NCBI GenBank assembly: GCA_024640695.1 | Contig: JAHEEM010000001.1 | Coordinates: forward strand, 11,725-75,724 | Direction: 5' to 3' | DNA length: 64,000 nt | From: Rhodospirillaceae bacterium | GTDB taxonomy: Bacteria; Pseudomonadota; Gammaproteobacteria; Steroidobacterales; Rariloculaceae | Shown here: piece after piece, positions 38,131 to 47,583 of the stretch | Layout of the letters: each line of letters begins with the position of its first letter | How positions within the stretch are numbered: position 1 is the first letter of the stretch | Notes under the pieces: model-generated | What the model was told of the DNA's origin: nothing | Databases searched by the model: none | What the model saw: the letters and a program-made list of their open reading frames with translations, nothing else | Made by a program: the position numbers and the translations under genes

Positions 38131-38595
38131 TCAGAAGCCCCCACTCCAGCCGATCTGACGCCAGGCCTCATAGAGCACGACGGCGGCCGCGTTGGAAAGA
38201 TTCAAGCTGCGATTACCCGCACGCATCGGTATTCGCAGCACGGCGGCACTCCCGAGCGACGCTAGGACGGCGTCCGGCAAGCCGCGCGTCTCTGGCCCGA
38301 AAAGGAACGCGTCGCCCGCCGCAAAGCGCTCGTCGTATAGCGATCGTTGGCCTTTGGTACTCAATGCGAACACACGCTTCGCCTTTATTGCCGCGAGGCA
38401 GCTCTGGAGATTCTCATGCTCGTTGACGCAGGCGAGCTCGCGGTAGTCGAGGCCGGCGCGCTTAACACGCGGCTCATCGAGCTGGAAGCCTAGAGGATGG
38501 ACCAGATGCAGGCTAGCGCCCACATTGGCACATAGACGAATGATGTTGCCAGTGTTCGGCGGAATCTCCGGCTCGAAGAGTATCAACGATAACAC
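38131..38595 (-). CDS. trmL: tRNA (cytidine/uridine-2'-O)-methyltransferase TrmL (SpoU/TrmH family)
   Basis: PEIPPNTGNIIRLCAN, FGPETRGL and LNLSNAAAVVLYEAWRQ are present, and it is about 154 aa. Confidence 0.85.
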   Translation of the reverse strand: MLSLILFEPEIPPNTGNIIRLCANVGASLHLVHPLGFQLDEPRVKRAGLDYRELACVNEHENLQSCLAAIKAKRVFALSTKGQRSLYDERFAAGDAFLFGPETRGLPDAVLASLGSAAVLRIPMRAGNRSLNLSNAAAVVLYEAWRQIGWSGGF

Positions 38596-38716
38596 GGCCC
38601 GCTCGTCTCCCAGTCACTGTCGCGATCATCCTAGCACCACCGCACACCGGGCTGACTATGGCCCTCGTTGGCTCCGTCCGACATAATGATCGGCGCCCGA
38701 TGCAGAGCCGACCGCC

Positions 38717-39646
38717 ATGAACGATGCCCTCGCAACCACATTCTGCGGTCTGCACCTGTCCTCACCGATCGTGTTGCTCTCCGGCTGTGTCGGCTTCGGC
38801 GAGGAGTACACGCGCGTGGAGGGTTTCTCCAACCGCGATGCCGGCGCGATCGTGCTCAAGGGTACGTACCTGGAGCCGCGGCTCGGCAACCCACCGCATC
38901 GGATCTGGGAAACGCCGGCAGGCATGCTCAACGCGATCGGCTTGCAGAATCCGGGGGCCGACACCGTTATCCGTGAGATCCTGCCGCGACTGGACTTTAG
39001 CGAGACGCGATTCTTTGCCAACGTCTGCGGCTCGACGGTCGACGAATACGCGGAGGTCACACGACGTTACGACGACTCGCCGATCGATGCTATGGAGATC
39101 AACATTTCTTGCCCGAACGTGCGTCACGGCGGTGTCGAGTTCGGCAACAACGCGGAGATGTCGGCACGCGTCGTGGCTGCCTGTCGCGCGGCAACGGCCA
39201 AGCCGATCATTGCCAAGCTGTCGCCGAACCAGACCGACATTCGCGCCAACGCCCGCGCCTGCATGGATGCGGGTGCCGACGCCCTGTCGGTGATCAACAC
39301 GGTAATGGGCATGGCAATCGACGTCGACTCGCAGGAGCCGATACTCGGCAATCGCAGTGGCGGGCTTTCCGGTCCGGCGATCCGCCCGATCGCGTTGCTC
39401 AAAGTGCATCAGGTTTATCAAGAGGCCGGCCCGCGCGGAATCCCGATTATCGGCCAGGGCGGTATCCAGTCCGCCCACGACGCGATCCAGTTCATACTGG
39501 CCGGCGCCACAGTCGTCGGAATTGGGACGGCCTTGTTCTACGACCCGCTCGCCGCACAGAAAGTCAGTGCCGGAATAGCCGAGCACCTGCATCAACGGGG
39601 ACTCAGCACGGTCTCCGAGCTCGTCGGCCGGCTCAAGGCCGGCTGA
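38717..39646 (+). CDS. pyrD: class 1B-type dihydroorotate dehydrogenase catalytic subunit-like protein
   Basis: NAIGLQNPG, EINISCPNVRHGG (Cys catalytic base typical of class 1), KLSPN, GGLSGPAIRPIAL and IGQGGI are present. There is no N-terminal membrane-association segment of class 2 enzymes. Confidence 0.78.
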   Translation: MNDALATTFCGLHLSSPIVLLSGCVGFGEEYTRVEGFSNRDAGAIVLKGTYLEPRLGNPPHRIWETPAGMLNAIGLQNPGADTVIREILPRLDFSETRFFANVCGSTVDEYAEVTRRYDDSPIDAMEINISCPNVRHGGVEFGNNAEMSARVVAACRAATAKPIIAKLSPNQTDIRANARACMDAGADALSVINTVMGMAIDVDSQEPILGNRSGGLSGPAIRPIALLKVHQVYQEAGPRGIPIIGQGGIQSAHDAIQFILAGATVVGIGTALFYDPLAAQKVSAGIAEHLHQRGLSTVSELVGRLKAG

Positions 39647-39676
39647 CGCCGACACTAGCCGAGCTGGGCAGGACGC

Positions 39677-40705
39677 TCAACGCATGTGTAGCTCTATGAC
39701 GTCGCCGTCGCGCAGCACGTGCTCCGGGCCGACCTGCTGACCGTCGAACACACCACTTCCCCAGGCACGCGCGTAGCGCAATGAGCCCGCGATGTCCTTG
39801 TGCACGAGCCGGGCGACATCGAGCACGGTCTGGCCGGCGCGAAGCGTGAATGGTCGATCCATCGCCGCGGGCTTGCCGGGTGCCTTCGTGTACACGCGCA
39901 CGAGCTGGAGGCCCCTAAACAGAAATGCCCCAATATCCGCGAGCCCCTTGCCCGTTAAAACGGATACCGCGATTGCGGGGAAACTGACTCCAGCGAGCTC
40001 TTTGAGCACTGCGATTGCTTCCGGATCGGGATCGAGATCGGATTTGTTCGCGACTAATAGAGTCGGCAGATGAATCCTGAAGGGATCGAGCTCGTCCGAG
40101 CCCTCGCGCTCGGCCCCCGGGTCGTCCAGGCCGGGCCAGCGCCTCGTCAGCGTGATTTTCTTCTCGTCGAGGCGGGCAATAATGGCAGGCAGCTGCTCCG
40201 TGCAAGCCGGGTCGGAAATGTCCACGACGAACAATGCCGCATCAGCAGGCTGCAGCGCATTAATGTACCAGGCCTCCAGATAGTCCTCACTCACCGGCGG
40301 CAGATCGACGAGCTGAAAATGAATGTCCTCGAACGGCAGCATTCCCGGCAGCGGCTCATGCGTCGTATGCGGGTACGGGCCGATATCCGCTCTCGAGCCC
40401 GTCAATTCCGCGTGCAGGCTCGACTTGCCAGAGTTCGGCGAGCCAATCAACGCGATCTGGGCTGCGCCTTCCGGCCGCACCGAGTGAACCGGACCCACAC
40501 GTATCGCCCCTTTCTTCGGGCCCGAAAGCTCGTCCGTCAGTTGCTTAATACGGCTCTTAATGTCGGCCTGCAGATGCTCCGTGCCTTTGTGCTTCGGAAT
40601 CGTGCGGAGCATTTCCTTCAAGCACGCGAGTCGCTCGACGTCGTCGCGCGCCGCGCGGAACGCGAGCTCTGCTTTTTTGTATTCCGGGCTGAGATTCGCT
40701 GGCAT
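39677..40705 (-). CDS. DRG/Rbg-like GTPase with C-terminal TGS domain
   Basis: It has G1 GSPNSGKS, G2 region YPHTT, G4 NKSD, and a C-terminal TGS-like VRVYTKAPGKP...GDVIELH. The N-terminal KHKGTEHLQADIKSRIKQL resembles the DRG lead-in. The G3 position reads DLPP rather than DxxG. Confidence 0.72.
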   Translation of the reverse strand: MPANLSPEYKKAELAFRAARDDVERLACLKEMLRTIPKHKGTEHLQADIKSRIKQLTDELSGPKKGAIRVGPVHSVRPEGAAQIALIGSPNSGKSSLHAELTGSRADIGPYPHTTHEPLPGMLPFEDIHFQLVDLPPVSEDYLEAWYINALQPADAALFVVDISDPACTEQLPAIIARLDEKKITLTRRWPGLDDPGAEREGSDELDPFRIHLPTLLVANKSDLDPDPEAIAVLKELAGVSFPAIAVSVLTGKGLADIGAFLFRGLQLVRVYTKAPGKPAAMDRPFTLRAGQTVLDVARLVHKDIAGSLRYARAWGSGVFDGQQVGPEHVLRDGDVIELHMR

Positions 40706-40810
40706 AGCTGTCTGTTGAAGTATTATGCCTGAGCGTAACTGGCACCGACTTGCCCGCCCTCGGGGACTCGTGTATCAGGGCTGCAGAAATCGTGAGCGGA
40801 CCTCGCCCCA

Positions 40811-41599
40811 TTGAATATTCATCCGACAGCAATCATCTCCGATCAGGCCCAGATCTCGCCCAAAGCCTCGGTAGGCCCGTATTGCGTTATCACCGGCAAG
40901 GTGACCATCGGCGCCGGCACGTTCGTCGAGGCGCATACGCGGATCGGCAGCAAGTTCGGCGAAGTGATCATCGGTGAGGACAACTTTATCCAAGGCGGTG
41001 CAGCGCTTGGCGGGCCACCGCAGGACTGGTCCTATGACGAGGACGCCAACACGCGGCTGGAGATCGGTAACCATAACCGCATCGGCGAGAACGTGACGGT
41101 CCATTTGGGCACGACCAAGGACGAGGGCGTCACGCGCATCGGCAATCACACATTCCTGATGGGCTACAGCCATGTCGCCCACGACTGCCAGGTTCGCGAC
41201 CGTGCGGTGTTAATCAATCTCGCGCACGTCGGCGGCCATGTCATCGTCGAAGAAGGCGCTGTAGTCGGCGGCATGGCCGGGGTCACTCAATTCGTGCGGC
41301 TGGGCGCATTGAGTTTTCTCGCGATCGGCGCAATGGTTAATAAGGACATCCTGCCTTACACCATTGCCGAAGGCCACTGGGCAGTGCCCAAGGCGACGAA
41401 CAAGGTCGGACTGCGCCGCGCCGGCCACAGCACAGCCGAGATCCGCGAGATCGACCGTGCGGTGCGCATCATGATCGATCGCTCCCTCACCATTGACGAG
41501 GCCATCGGTCGTATTCGCGCGCTCGGCAGCACCAGTGCAGCGGTCGCGCATCTCGTCGAGTTCGTCGCGGCTTCCAAGCGAGGCCTGGCACGACCGTGA
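40811..41599 (+). CDS. lpxA: acyl-ACP--UDP-N-acetylglucosamine (or UDP-GlcNAc3N) O/N-acyltransferase LpxA
   Basis: The start is TTG. It has left-handed beta-helix hexapeptide repeats, the catalytic region MGYSHVAHDC, and a C-terminal helical domain (NKVGLRRAGHS). Confidence 0.85.
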   Translation: MNIHPTAIISDQAQISPKASVGPYCVITGKVTIGAGTFVEAHTRIGSKFGEVIIGEDNFIQGGAALGGPPQDWSYDEDANTRLEIGNHNRIGENVTVHLGTTKDEGVTRIGNHTFLMGYSHVAHDCQVRDRAVLINLAHVGGHVIVEEGAVVGGMAGVTQFVRLGALSFLAIGAMVNKDILPYTIAEGHWAVPKATNKVGLRRAGHSTAEIREIDRAVRIMIDRSLTIDEAIGRIRALGSTSAAVAHLVEFVAASKRGLARP

Positions 41600-42561
41600 A
41601 AGCTCCTGCATCGGCTTGTGCGCTGCGCGTCGCGGTGATTGGCGTAGGTTATCTAGGCCGCATCCACGCGCAGAAGTATCTCGAAATTCCAGAGGTCACG
41701 CTGGTGGGTGTCAGCGACAATCGTGTCGATACGGGTCGCGAGATTGCCGCCTCATGCGGCGTGGAGTTTTTCGAAGACCCACGCGCGCTGCTGGGGCGAA
41801 TCGACGCCGTCACGATTGCGACGAGCACGCCGGCTCACTACGAGATCGCGAAATTATTTCTCCAGCATGACGTTCACGTTTTCGTCGAAAAACCGCTGAC
41901 GACGACGAGCGCAGAGGCGCAGGAGCTGACGGCGTATGCTGAGCGCACGGGCTTGAAGCTGCAGGTTGGCCATGTCGAGCGATTTAACCCGGCACTGCTG
42001 TCGGCTCGAGATAAGCTCGGCGCCGTCCGATTCATCGAATGCCATCGGCTCGCACCGTTCAAGGCGCGCGGCGCTGATGTCGACGTCGTTCTGGATCTCA
42101 TGATCCATGACCTCGACGTCATCCTGTCCCTGATCGACGGCCAGCCGACTACCGTCTCTGCCGTAGGAATATGCGTGTTGACTGATAATGTCGATATCGC
42201 CAATGCACGCATCGAGTTCGATACCGGAGCGATCGCCAATGTGACCGCATCGAGAGTTTCCATGAGCGCGCAACGCAAGTTTCGCGTGTTTCAGCGTAAT
42301 CAGTATCTGTCGATCGACTTCGGCAACGGGGAAGTACAGCTCGTAACTCATGCAGCGGGATCGCTGGCTGATTCCAGCAGCTTGAAGGAGCAGCGCTGGA
42401 ATCTGGAGAAGGGCGACGCCTTGCTTGCGGAGGTAAAGGCCTTCGTGAAGTCGATTCGCGACGATGAGCCCTGTGTCGTTGGTGGCCGCGACGGAGTCGC
42501 CGCCTTGAGGCTCGCCGAAAGTATTCTTGCCGAGATCAAGCGCCGCGAGTTTTCCAGCTGA
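41596..42561 (+). CDS. Gfo/Idh/MocA-family oxidoreductase, GnnA-like (candidate UDP-GlcNAc 3-dehydrogenase)
   Basis: It has a Rossmann motif VAVIGVGYLGRIHA, the EKP motif (VFVEKPL) and GHVERFNP. The 4-nt overlap with the lpxA stop supports coupling. The GnnA assignment is inferred from context. Confidence 0.6.
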   Translation: MKAPASACALRVAVIGVGYLGRIHAQKYLEIPEVTLVGVSDNRVDTGREIAASCGVEFFEDPRALLGRIDAVTIATSTPAHYEIAKLFLQHDVHVFVEKPLTTTSAEAQELTAYAERTGLKLQVGHVERFNPALLSARDKLGAVRFIECHRLAPFKARGADVDVVLDLMIHDLDVILSLIDGQPTTVSAVGICVLTDNVDIANARIEFDTGAIANVTASRVSMSAQRKFRVFQRNQYLSIDFGNGEVQLVTHAAGSLADSSSLKEQRWNLEKGDALLAEVKAFVKSIRDDEPCVVGGRDGVAALRLAESILAEIKRREFSS

Positions 42562-42618
42562 ACGAGCAGCTCCCGGCGGAGCGTCGTTCCAAACGGGCCA
42601 GAACCCGTCCAGCGCTAA

Positions 42619-44040
42619 TCAGAGTCCCTCACCCTCGTAGCGGTCGTCGAAGCCGAGCTCTTTGAGCTTGCGCGTCAGCGTATTGCGGCCCCAACCGAGC
42701 AGCTTCGCGGCCTGCAGGCGCTTGCCATGCGACCGGCGCATGGCAGCCTCGATCAGGGTTCGCTCGAATGCCGGCCGCGCCTCCTCAAGCAGCGGCTTGC
42801 GCTGGTCAGTAGCGAGCTTTCCTGCGGCCCATCGCGCCAGCCCGGACGTCCACTCCGAACTGCCGGAGGAGCCGCTCGCCGTGCCACCGAGTTCCGGCGG
42901 CAGATCATAGGCGGTGATCTCCCGCCCTGCGGCAGTGACCGTGAGACGCCGGCACAGGTTCACGAGCTCGCGCACGTTGCCAGGCCAGTCATAGTTGACG
43001 AAGATCTGCGCGGCTTCGGTCGTCAACGCCTTTGGAACGAGGGATAGCTCCTCGGCAGCTTGGCTCAAATAGAAGCGCGTCAGCTCCAAGATATCCTCGC
43101 GTCTCGCGCGCAGCGGCGGCACCTCGATACGCATCACGTTTAGGCGGTGAAAGAGATCCTCGCGAAATCGGCCGGCTTCGACGGCACGCGCGAGTTCTTG
43201 ATGTGTTGCTGCGATGACCCTGACGTCGACTTTGATTGTCTGTTGACCGCCGACGCGAAAAAACTCGTTCTCTGCGAGCACGCGCAACAACCGAGTCTGC
43301 AGTGCCGGCGACATGTCGCCGATCTCGTCAAGAAACAGCGTGCCGCCGTCAGCCTGCTCGAAACGCCCGATACGTCGCTGATCGGCACCGGTGAAGGCAC
43401 CTTTCTCATGACCGAACAGCTCCGATTCCAACAGCTCTGCGGCGATCGCCGATGTGTTCAGGGCGACGAAAGCGTTCGCAGCCCGCGGTGAATTCTCATG
43501 CAGGGCACGCGCGACAAGCTCCTTACCCGTGCCCGACTCGCCAGTGATCAACACGGTCATGCTGGTCTTCGACAGGCGGCCGATCGCGCGAAATACCTCC
43601 TGCATTGCCGGCGCCTGACCAATGATGGACTTCGGCTTATTCGGCGTTAGCCCGATAGCACTCGGAACACGCGCCTGCGATGCTCGCGATACGAGCTCCA
43701 CGGCTTCGTCGATATCGAACGGCTTGGGCAGATACTCGAACGCGCCGCCTTTGTAGGCCGCCACAGCGCTGTCGAGGTCCGAATGGGCGGTCATCACGAT
43801 GACCGGCAGGTCCGGCTCTCGATCCGCGAGCGTCTCCAGCAGCTCCAGGCCGCTGATCTCAGGCATGCGAATGTCAGTCACGAGCACGTCCGGGCGGGCC
43901 TTATCCAGGGCCGCGAGAAACTTCGCCGCAGAGTCGAAGGAGCGCGGGAGCATGTGCGCCTGCTTGAGTGCCTGCTCCAGCACCCAGCGCACCGACTCAT
44001 CGTCGTCAACGATCCAGACTGTTATACCCGTTGTGATCAC
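42619..44040 (-). CDS. ntrC: nitrogen regulation response regulator NtrC (sigma-54 activator)
   Basis: It has a receiver domain, an AAA+ domain ([14 protein letters not shown]) and a C-terminal Fis-type HTH. Confidence 0.92.
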   Translation of the reverse strand: MITTGITVWIVDDDESVRWVLEQALKQAHMLPRSFDSAAKFLAALDKARPDVLVTDIRMPEISGLELLETLADREPDLPVIVMTAHSDLDSAVAAYKGGAFEYLPKPFDIDEAVELVSRASQARVPSAIGLTPNKPKSIIGQAPAMQEVFRAIGRLSKTSMTVLITGESGTGKELVARALHENSPRAANAFVALNTSAIAAELLESELFGHEKGAFTGADQRRIGRFEQADGGTLFLDEIGDMSPALQTRLLRVLAENEFFRVGGQQTIKVDVRVIAATHQELARAVEAGRFREDLFHRLNVMRIEVPPLRARREDILELTRFYLSQAAEELSLVPKALTTEAAQIFVNYDWPGNVRELVNLCRRLTVTAAGREITAYDLPPELGGTASGSSGSSEWTSGLARWAAGKLATDQRKPLLEEARPAFERTLIEAAMRRSHGKRLQAAKLLGWGRNTLTRKLKELGFDDRYEGEGL

Positions 44041-45119
44041 GACGACCTGGCTTGGGATTGCGCGGACTTGACCGGCAATCGAATATAAAACGTCGTCGCG
44101 CCAGGACGGCTCGTGAACTCGATCAGGCCGCCATTGCGGCTGACGAGATCCTGAGCGATCGTCAAACCCAGCCCCGTGCCGGTGGTCTTACCGGTGACGA
44201 GCGGATAGAACACCGTGTCCTTGAGCTCATCGGGAATACCCGGGCCGTCATCTTCGAGCTCGATCGATAGAACCAGCCGGTAACGCTTGCCGGCAAGCGT
44301 ATAGTTAGAAAGCGCTCGCGTGCGAAATATCAGCTGTCCATCGGCGCCCCCGATTGCCTGCAGCGCATTGCGCGCGACGTTCAGCAGTGCCTGGATCAAC
44401 TGATCTCGGTCGACCACTGTCGGCGGCAGGCTCGGATCATAGTCGCGAATGACCTTGACCGTCGCCGGCTTCTCGGCTTCGATGAGCTTACTGACATGCT
44501 CCGTGACTTCATGCAAATTGGTCGAAGCGGGTCGTGGCTTGCCACCGGCCCTTAGGATCCCATCGACGAGCGCCGCGAGCCGGTCTGCTTCTTCTATGAT
44601 TACCTTGGTGTAGGCCTTCAGATCAGCACTCGGTAGCTGCCGCTCTAGCAGCTGGGCCGCGCCGCGCAGGCCGCCGAGTGGATTCTTAACCTCGTGCGCG
44701 AGCTGGCGGATGATCCGGCGGCTGAGTCGCTGCTGCGCAATTAGGTCCTCCTCACGCCGCAGCTGCCGGTCTACCTGCGTATCGAACAGCTCGAGCAACA
44801 AGTGTTCGGGTTGGCAATCGAGTAATCCGACGCGGCAGTCGAGCAAGATCTCGCGGTCGCCCACTCGGGCGGCGAGTTCCCGGCAGCCGTAGGTCATGCC
44901 GCTGTCGAGCGCCTTCGAGCACAGACCGACGAGTTCCTCGGGCGGCAGCACGAGGTCGCCGAGGGGCCGCCCTAGCGCCTGTCGGTAGCTAGCGCCGAGC
45001 AGAGTCTCGGCTGCGCCGTTGAGAAAGACGACGCGCAGATCGCGGCCGAGGACGACGACGGCCGTCGTCAACCCCTGCAGAATCTGGTCATCGCTAGGTC
45101 CGGCGATTTTTTTCGACAG
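44037..45119 (-). CDS. ntrB: nitrogen regulation sensor kinase NtrB
   Basis: It has a PAS N-terminus (QILQGLTTAVVVL...), the H-box LAHEVKNPLGG and an HATPase domain. The stop overlaps the ntrC start. The 5' end is uncertain: no ATG or GTG lies between the upstream gene and the conserved N-terminus. 45119 is a CTG, and a TTG at 45071 would truncate the conserved region. Confidence 0.8.
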   Translation of the reverse strand: MSKKIAGPSDDQILQGLTTAVVVLGRDLRVVFLNGAAETLLGASYRQALGRPLGDLVLPPEELVGLCSKALDSGMTYGCRELAARVGDREILLDCRVGLLDCQPEHLLLELFDTQVDRQLRREEDLIAQQRLSRRIIRQLAHEVKNPLGGLRGAAQLLERQLPSADLKAYTKVIIEEADRLAALVDGILRAGGKPRPASTNLHEVTEHVSKLIEAEKPATVKVIRDYDPSLPPTVVDRDQLIQALLNVARNALQAIGGADGQLIFRTRALSNYTLAGKRYRLVLSIELEDDGPGIPDELKDTVFYPLVTGKTTGTGLGLTIAQDLVSRNGGLIEFTSRPGATTFYIRLPVKSAQSQARSS

Positions 45120-45217
45120 GCGAGATAGCGCTGGCGGAGATTGGTCAGAGCCAGCGCCCGCTGAAGCGGTGCTGGCCAGCAGGCGGCTGGAGCTAGCAGT
45201 GTGGCCGTTCGATGCTG

Positions 45218-45775
45218 TTACGGACGCGCGCGCGGATTGGCATTCGGATTGTTGGGATTGAGGATGGTCGTCTGCTGAATCATGAACAAGACGGGCAACG
45301 ATCGCAGTATCTCGCGGCCGGCCGCATCGAGCACCACAGCCTGCAGAGTGTGGGATCCACGGAACACGTCGGTCAATTGAAACTCGTTCGAGATCGCGCG
45401 GACATCGATGAGGTTCTCGTCGAGATACGCGCCCAGATGATGTCCCGGTTGCAGCTCGGGCTGCAGGTCGACCTCCACATCGAGCACCGAGCCGGTATTC
45501 CACAGGGTCTCTTGCTGAGAGGGCCGGAGCACGTTGAAACGCGTATAGGCCTGGACTGGCTCCTCGCCCGGCAGCTCTTCGGTCTGGCTGGCCGCGTCGG
45601 CAGCGCTCTGGGTCGGCGCAGAATAACCCTGCGCCCCCCTGAGGCGAACCTCCGTCGCCCCCGGGGTGGGTCGGTCGGAATAGTGCACCTGCCCGTTCGC
45701 GTCGGTCCAGCGGTAGGCCTGCTGTCCAAACGCGTGAGCACAGAGCAAACTTCCGAGTAACAACCAACGTCGCAT
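45218..45775 (-). CDS. DUF4124 domain secreted protein
   Basis: It has a signal peptide followed by AYRWTDANGQVHYSDRP (DUF4124 signature). It lies between glnA and ntrB. Confidence 0.7.
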   Translation of the reverse strand: MRRWLLLGSLLCAHAFGQQAYRWTDANGQVHYSDRPTPGATEVRLRGAQGYSAPTQSAADAASQTEELPGEEPVQAYTRFNVLRPSQQETLWNTGSVLDVEVDLQPELQPGHHLGAYLDENLIDVRAISNEFQLTDVFRGSHTLQAVVLDAAGREILRSLPVLFMIQQTTILNPNNPNANPRARP

Positions 45776-45882
45776 TCTCCTAGCTTAGCGTCAAGATTCG
45801 ATCAGTGCCAAGGACTGGAGCGGTTTTTTGAGAACCCCGCCCCAATCCTGGCTAGTTAACAAAACCCACGCAGCAGCAAGGT

Positions 45883-47292
45883 CTATAGGCTGTAGTAGAG
45901 CTCGAACTCGACCGGGTGCGTAGTCATCCGCACCCGCGTAACGTCGGCCATCTTCAGCCCGATGTACGCATCGATGAGATCGTCAGAGAACACGTCGCCA
46001 GCCTTGAGGAACGCGCGGTCGTCGCTGAGCGCATTGAGCGCCTGCTCGAGCGAGAAGCAGACCTGCGGCAGGCCCGCCTCTTCCTCAGGCTCCAGGTCAT
46101 AAAGGTCTTTGTCCATCGCGTCGCCCGGATGGATCTTGTTCTGGATCCCGTCGAGACCGGCCATGAGCATCGCGGCGAAGGCGAAGTAGGGGTTAGCAGT
46201 AGAGTCGGGGAAACGGACCTCGATACGGCGGGCTTTTGGACTAGACACCCAAGGGATTCGGATCGAGGCCGACCGGTTGCGCGCCGAATAGGCGAGGATA
46301 ACCGGCGCCTCGAAGCCCGGGACTAAACGCTTGTAGCTATTCGTCGCGGCGTTGGTAAACGCATTAATCGCCTTAGCGTGCTTGATAATTCCGCCGATGT
46401 AGTACAAGGCCATCTCGGACAAGCCACCATAGCTGTCGCCGCTGAACAGGTTCTTCCCGTCCTTGGCAAGAGACTGGTGCACGTGCATGCCGTTGCCATT
46501 GTCGCCGACGAGCGGCTTGGGCATGAAAGTCGCAGTCTTGCCGTAAGAGTGCGCGACGTTCATCACGACGTATTTTAGAATCTGTACCTCATCGCCCTTG
46601 TTGACGAGGGTGCCGAACTTCACGCCAATCTCGGCCTGTCCGGCGGTTGCGACCTCGTGGTGGTGCACCTCGGTGACGAGCCCCATCTCCTCGAGCGCCA
46701 TGCACATTGCCGAGCGGATATCGTGCTGGGAATCCACCGGCGGAACCGGAAAGTAGCCGCCCTTGGGACCCGGCCTGTGGCCGATGTTGCCGGTCTCGTA
46801 CTCCTTACCGGAGTGCCAATGCGCCTCGGAAGACTCGATCGCGTAATGTGAGCCTTGGATACTAGAGGCCCAGCGAACGTCGTCGAAGATGAAAAACTCG
46901 TTTTCCGGACCGAAGAATGCGGTATCGGCAATGCCGGTCGAACGCATGTAGGCTTCCGCACGCTTTGCGGTGGACCGGGGATCGCGAGTGTACCCTTGCA
47001 TCGTGTCTGGCTCGATGACGTCGCAGCGCAGATTCATCGTGGTCTCTTCGGAGAAGATATCGATGACCGCCGTCGGGCAGTCCGGCATCAGAATCATGTC
47101 CGACTCATTGATGCCCTTCCATCCGGAGATGGATGAGCCGTCGAACATCTTGCCGTCCTCGAAGAAACCGTCATCGATCTGGTGGCTCGGGACAGTGACG
47201 TGCTGCTCCTTGCCGCGTGTGTCTGTAAAGCGGAGATCGACGAACTTGACGTCTTTCTCTTTCATAAATTTCAAAATGTCCGCAGGCGACAT
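45883..47292 (-). CDS. glnA: glutamine synthetase type I
   Basis: The likeness is full length, with [25 protein letters not shown], and the adenylylation-site region NLYDLPPEE-like (DLYDLEPEE). Confidence 0.96.
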   Translation of the reverse strand: MSPADILKFMKEKDVKFVDLRFTDTRGKEQHVTVPSHQIDDGFFEDGKMFDGSSISGWKGINESDMILMPDCPTAVIDIFSEETTMNLRCDVIEPDTMQGYTRDPRSTAKRAEAYMRSTGIADTAFFGPENEFFIFDDVRWASSIQGSHYAIESSEAHWHSGKEYETGNIGHRPGPKGGYFPVPPVDSQHDIRSAMCMALEEMGLVTEVHHHEVATAGQAEIGVKFGTLVNKGDEVQILKYVVMNVAHSYGKTATFMPKPLVGDNGNGMHVHQSLAKDGKNLFSGDSYGGLSEMALYYIGGIIKHAKAINAFTNAATNSYKRLVPGFEAPVILAYSARNRSASIRIPWVSSPKARRIEVRFPDSTANPYFAFAAMLMAGLDGIQNKIHPGDAMDKDLYDLEPEEEAGLPQVCFSLEQALNALSDDRAFLKAGDVFSDDLIDAYIGLKMADVTRVRMTTHPVEFELYYSL

Positions 47293-47456
47293 GAGAGTTC
47301 CTCCATTAGCTGGCTATCTGTTATCGAGGTCGGCTTCACGTTGCGAAGCCGGCCATCCTTATCGAGCAGACCTTGGCCGGACCCAAGCCCCGGGCAAACT
47401 TGTTCTGAATACTCTAGGCTGGCTCCGGTTGTCGGGGTATTCAGTGCATTTCTAAA

Positions 47457-47472
47457 TGCGAAAACTGTGCCA
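47457..47472 (-). promoter_or_regulatory. candidate sigma-54 promoter for glnA (glnAp2-like)
   Basis: The minus strand reads TGGCACAGTTTTCGCA. The GG and GC doublets are separated by the canonical 10 nt, with one mismatch to TGGCAC-N5-TTGCA. It lies about 165-180 nt 5' of the glnA ATG. Confidence 0.55.
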
Positions 47473-47566
47473 GCCGCGGCGCGCCTTCAAGACATTGTTT
47501 TAACTGGCATGACTCGCCTCGTTATAGTGCTCTATGCACAACAATAACGCAAGTGCCGTCTCGAGA

Positions 47567-47583
47567 CGCACGATTATAGTGCT
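47567..47583. promoter_or_regulatory. candidate NtrC enhancer site
   Basis: CGCACGATTATAGTGCT has GCAC-N7-GTGC spacing like the TGCACCA-N3-TGGTGCA consensus (10 of 14 defined positions). It is about 100 nt upstream of the sigma-54 element. A weaker copy, CGCCTCGTTATAGTGCT, lies at 47515..47531 and shares TTATAGTGCT. Confidence 0.33.

Noticed and set aside
44037-45767. A full 576-aa reading of the ntrB frame from the TTG at 45767.
   Set aside because: The first roughly 180 codons overlap the well-supported DUF4124 gene in another frame and translate to Arg/Gly/Pro-rich sequence. NtrB homology begins only near codon 225.
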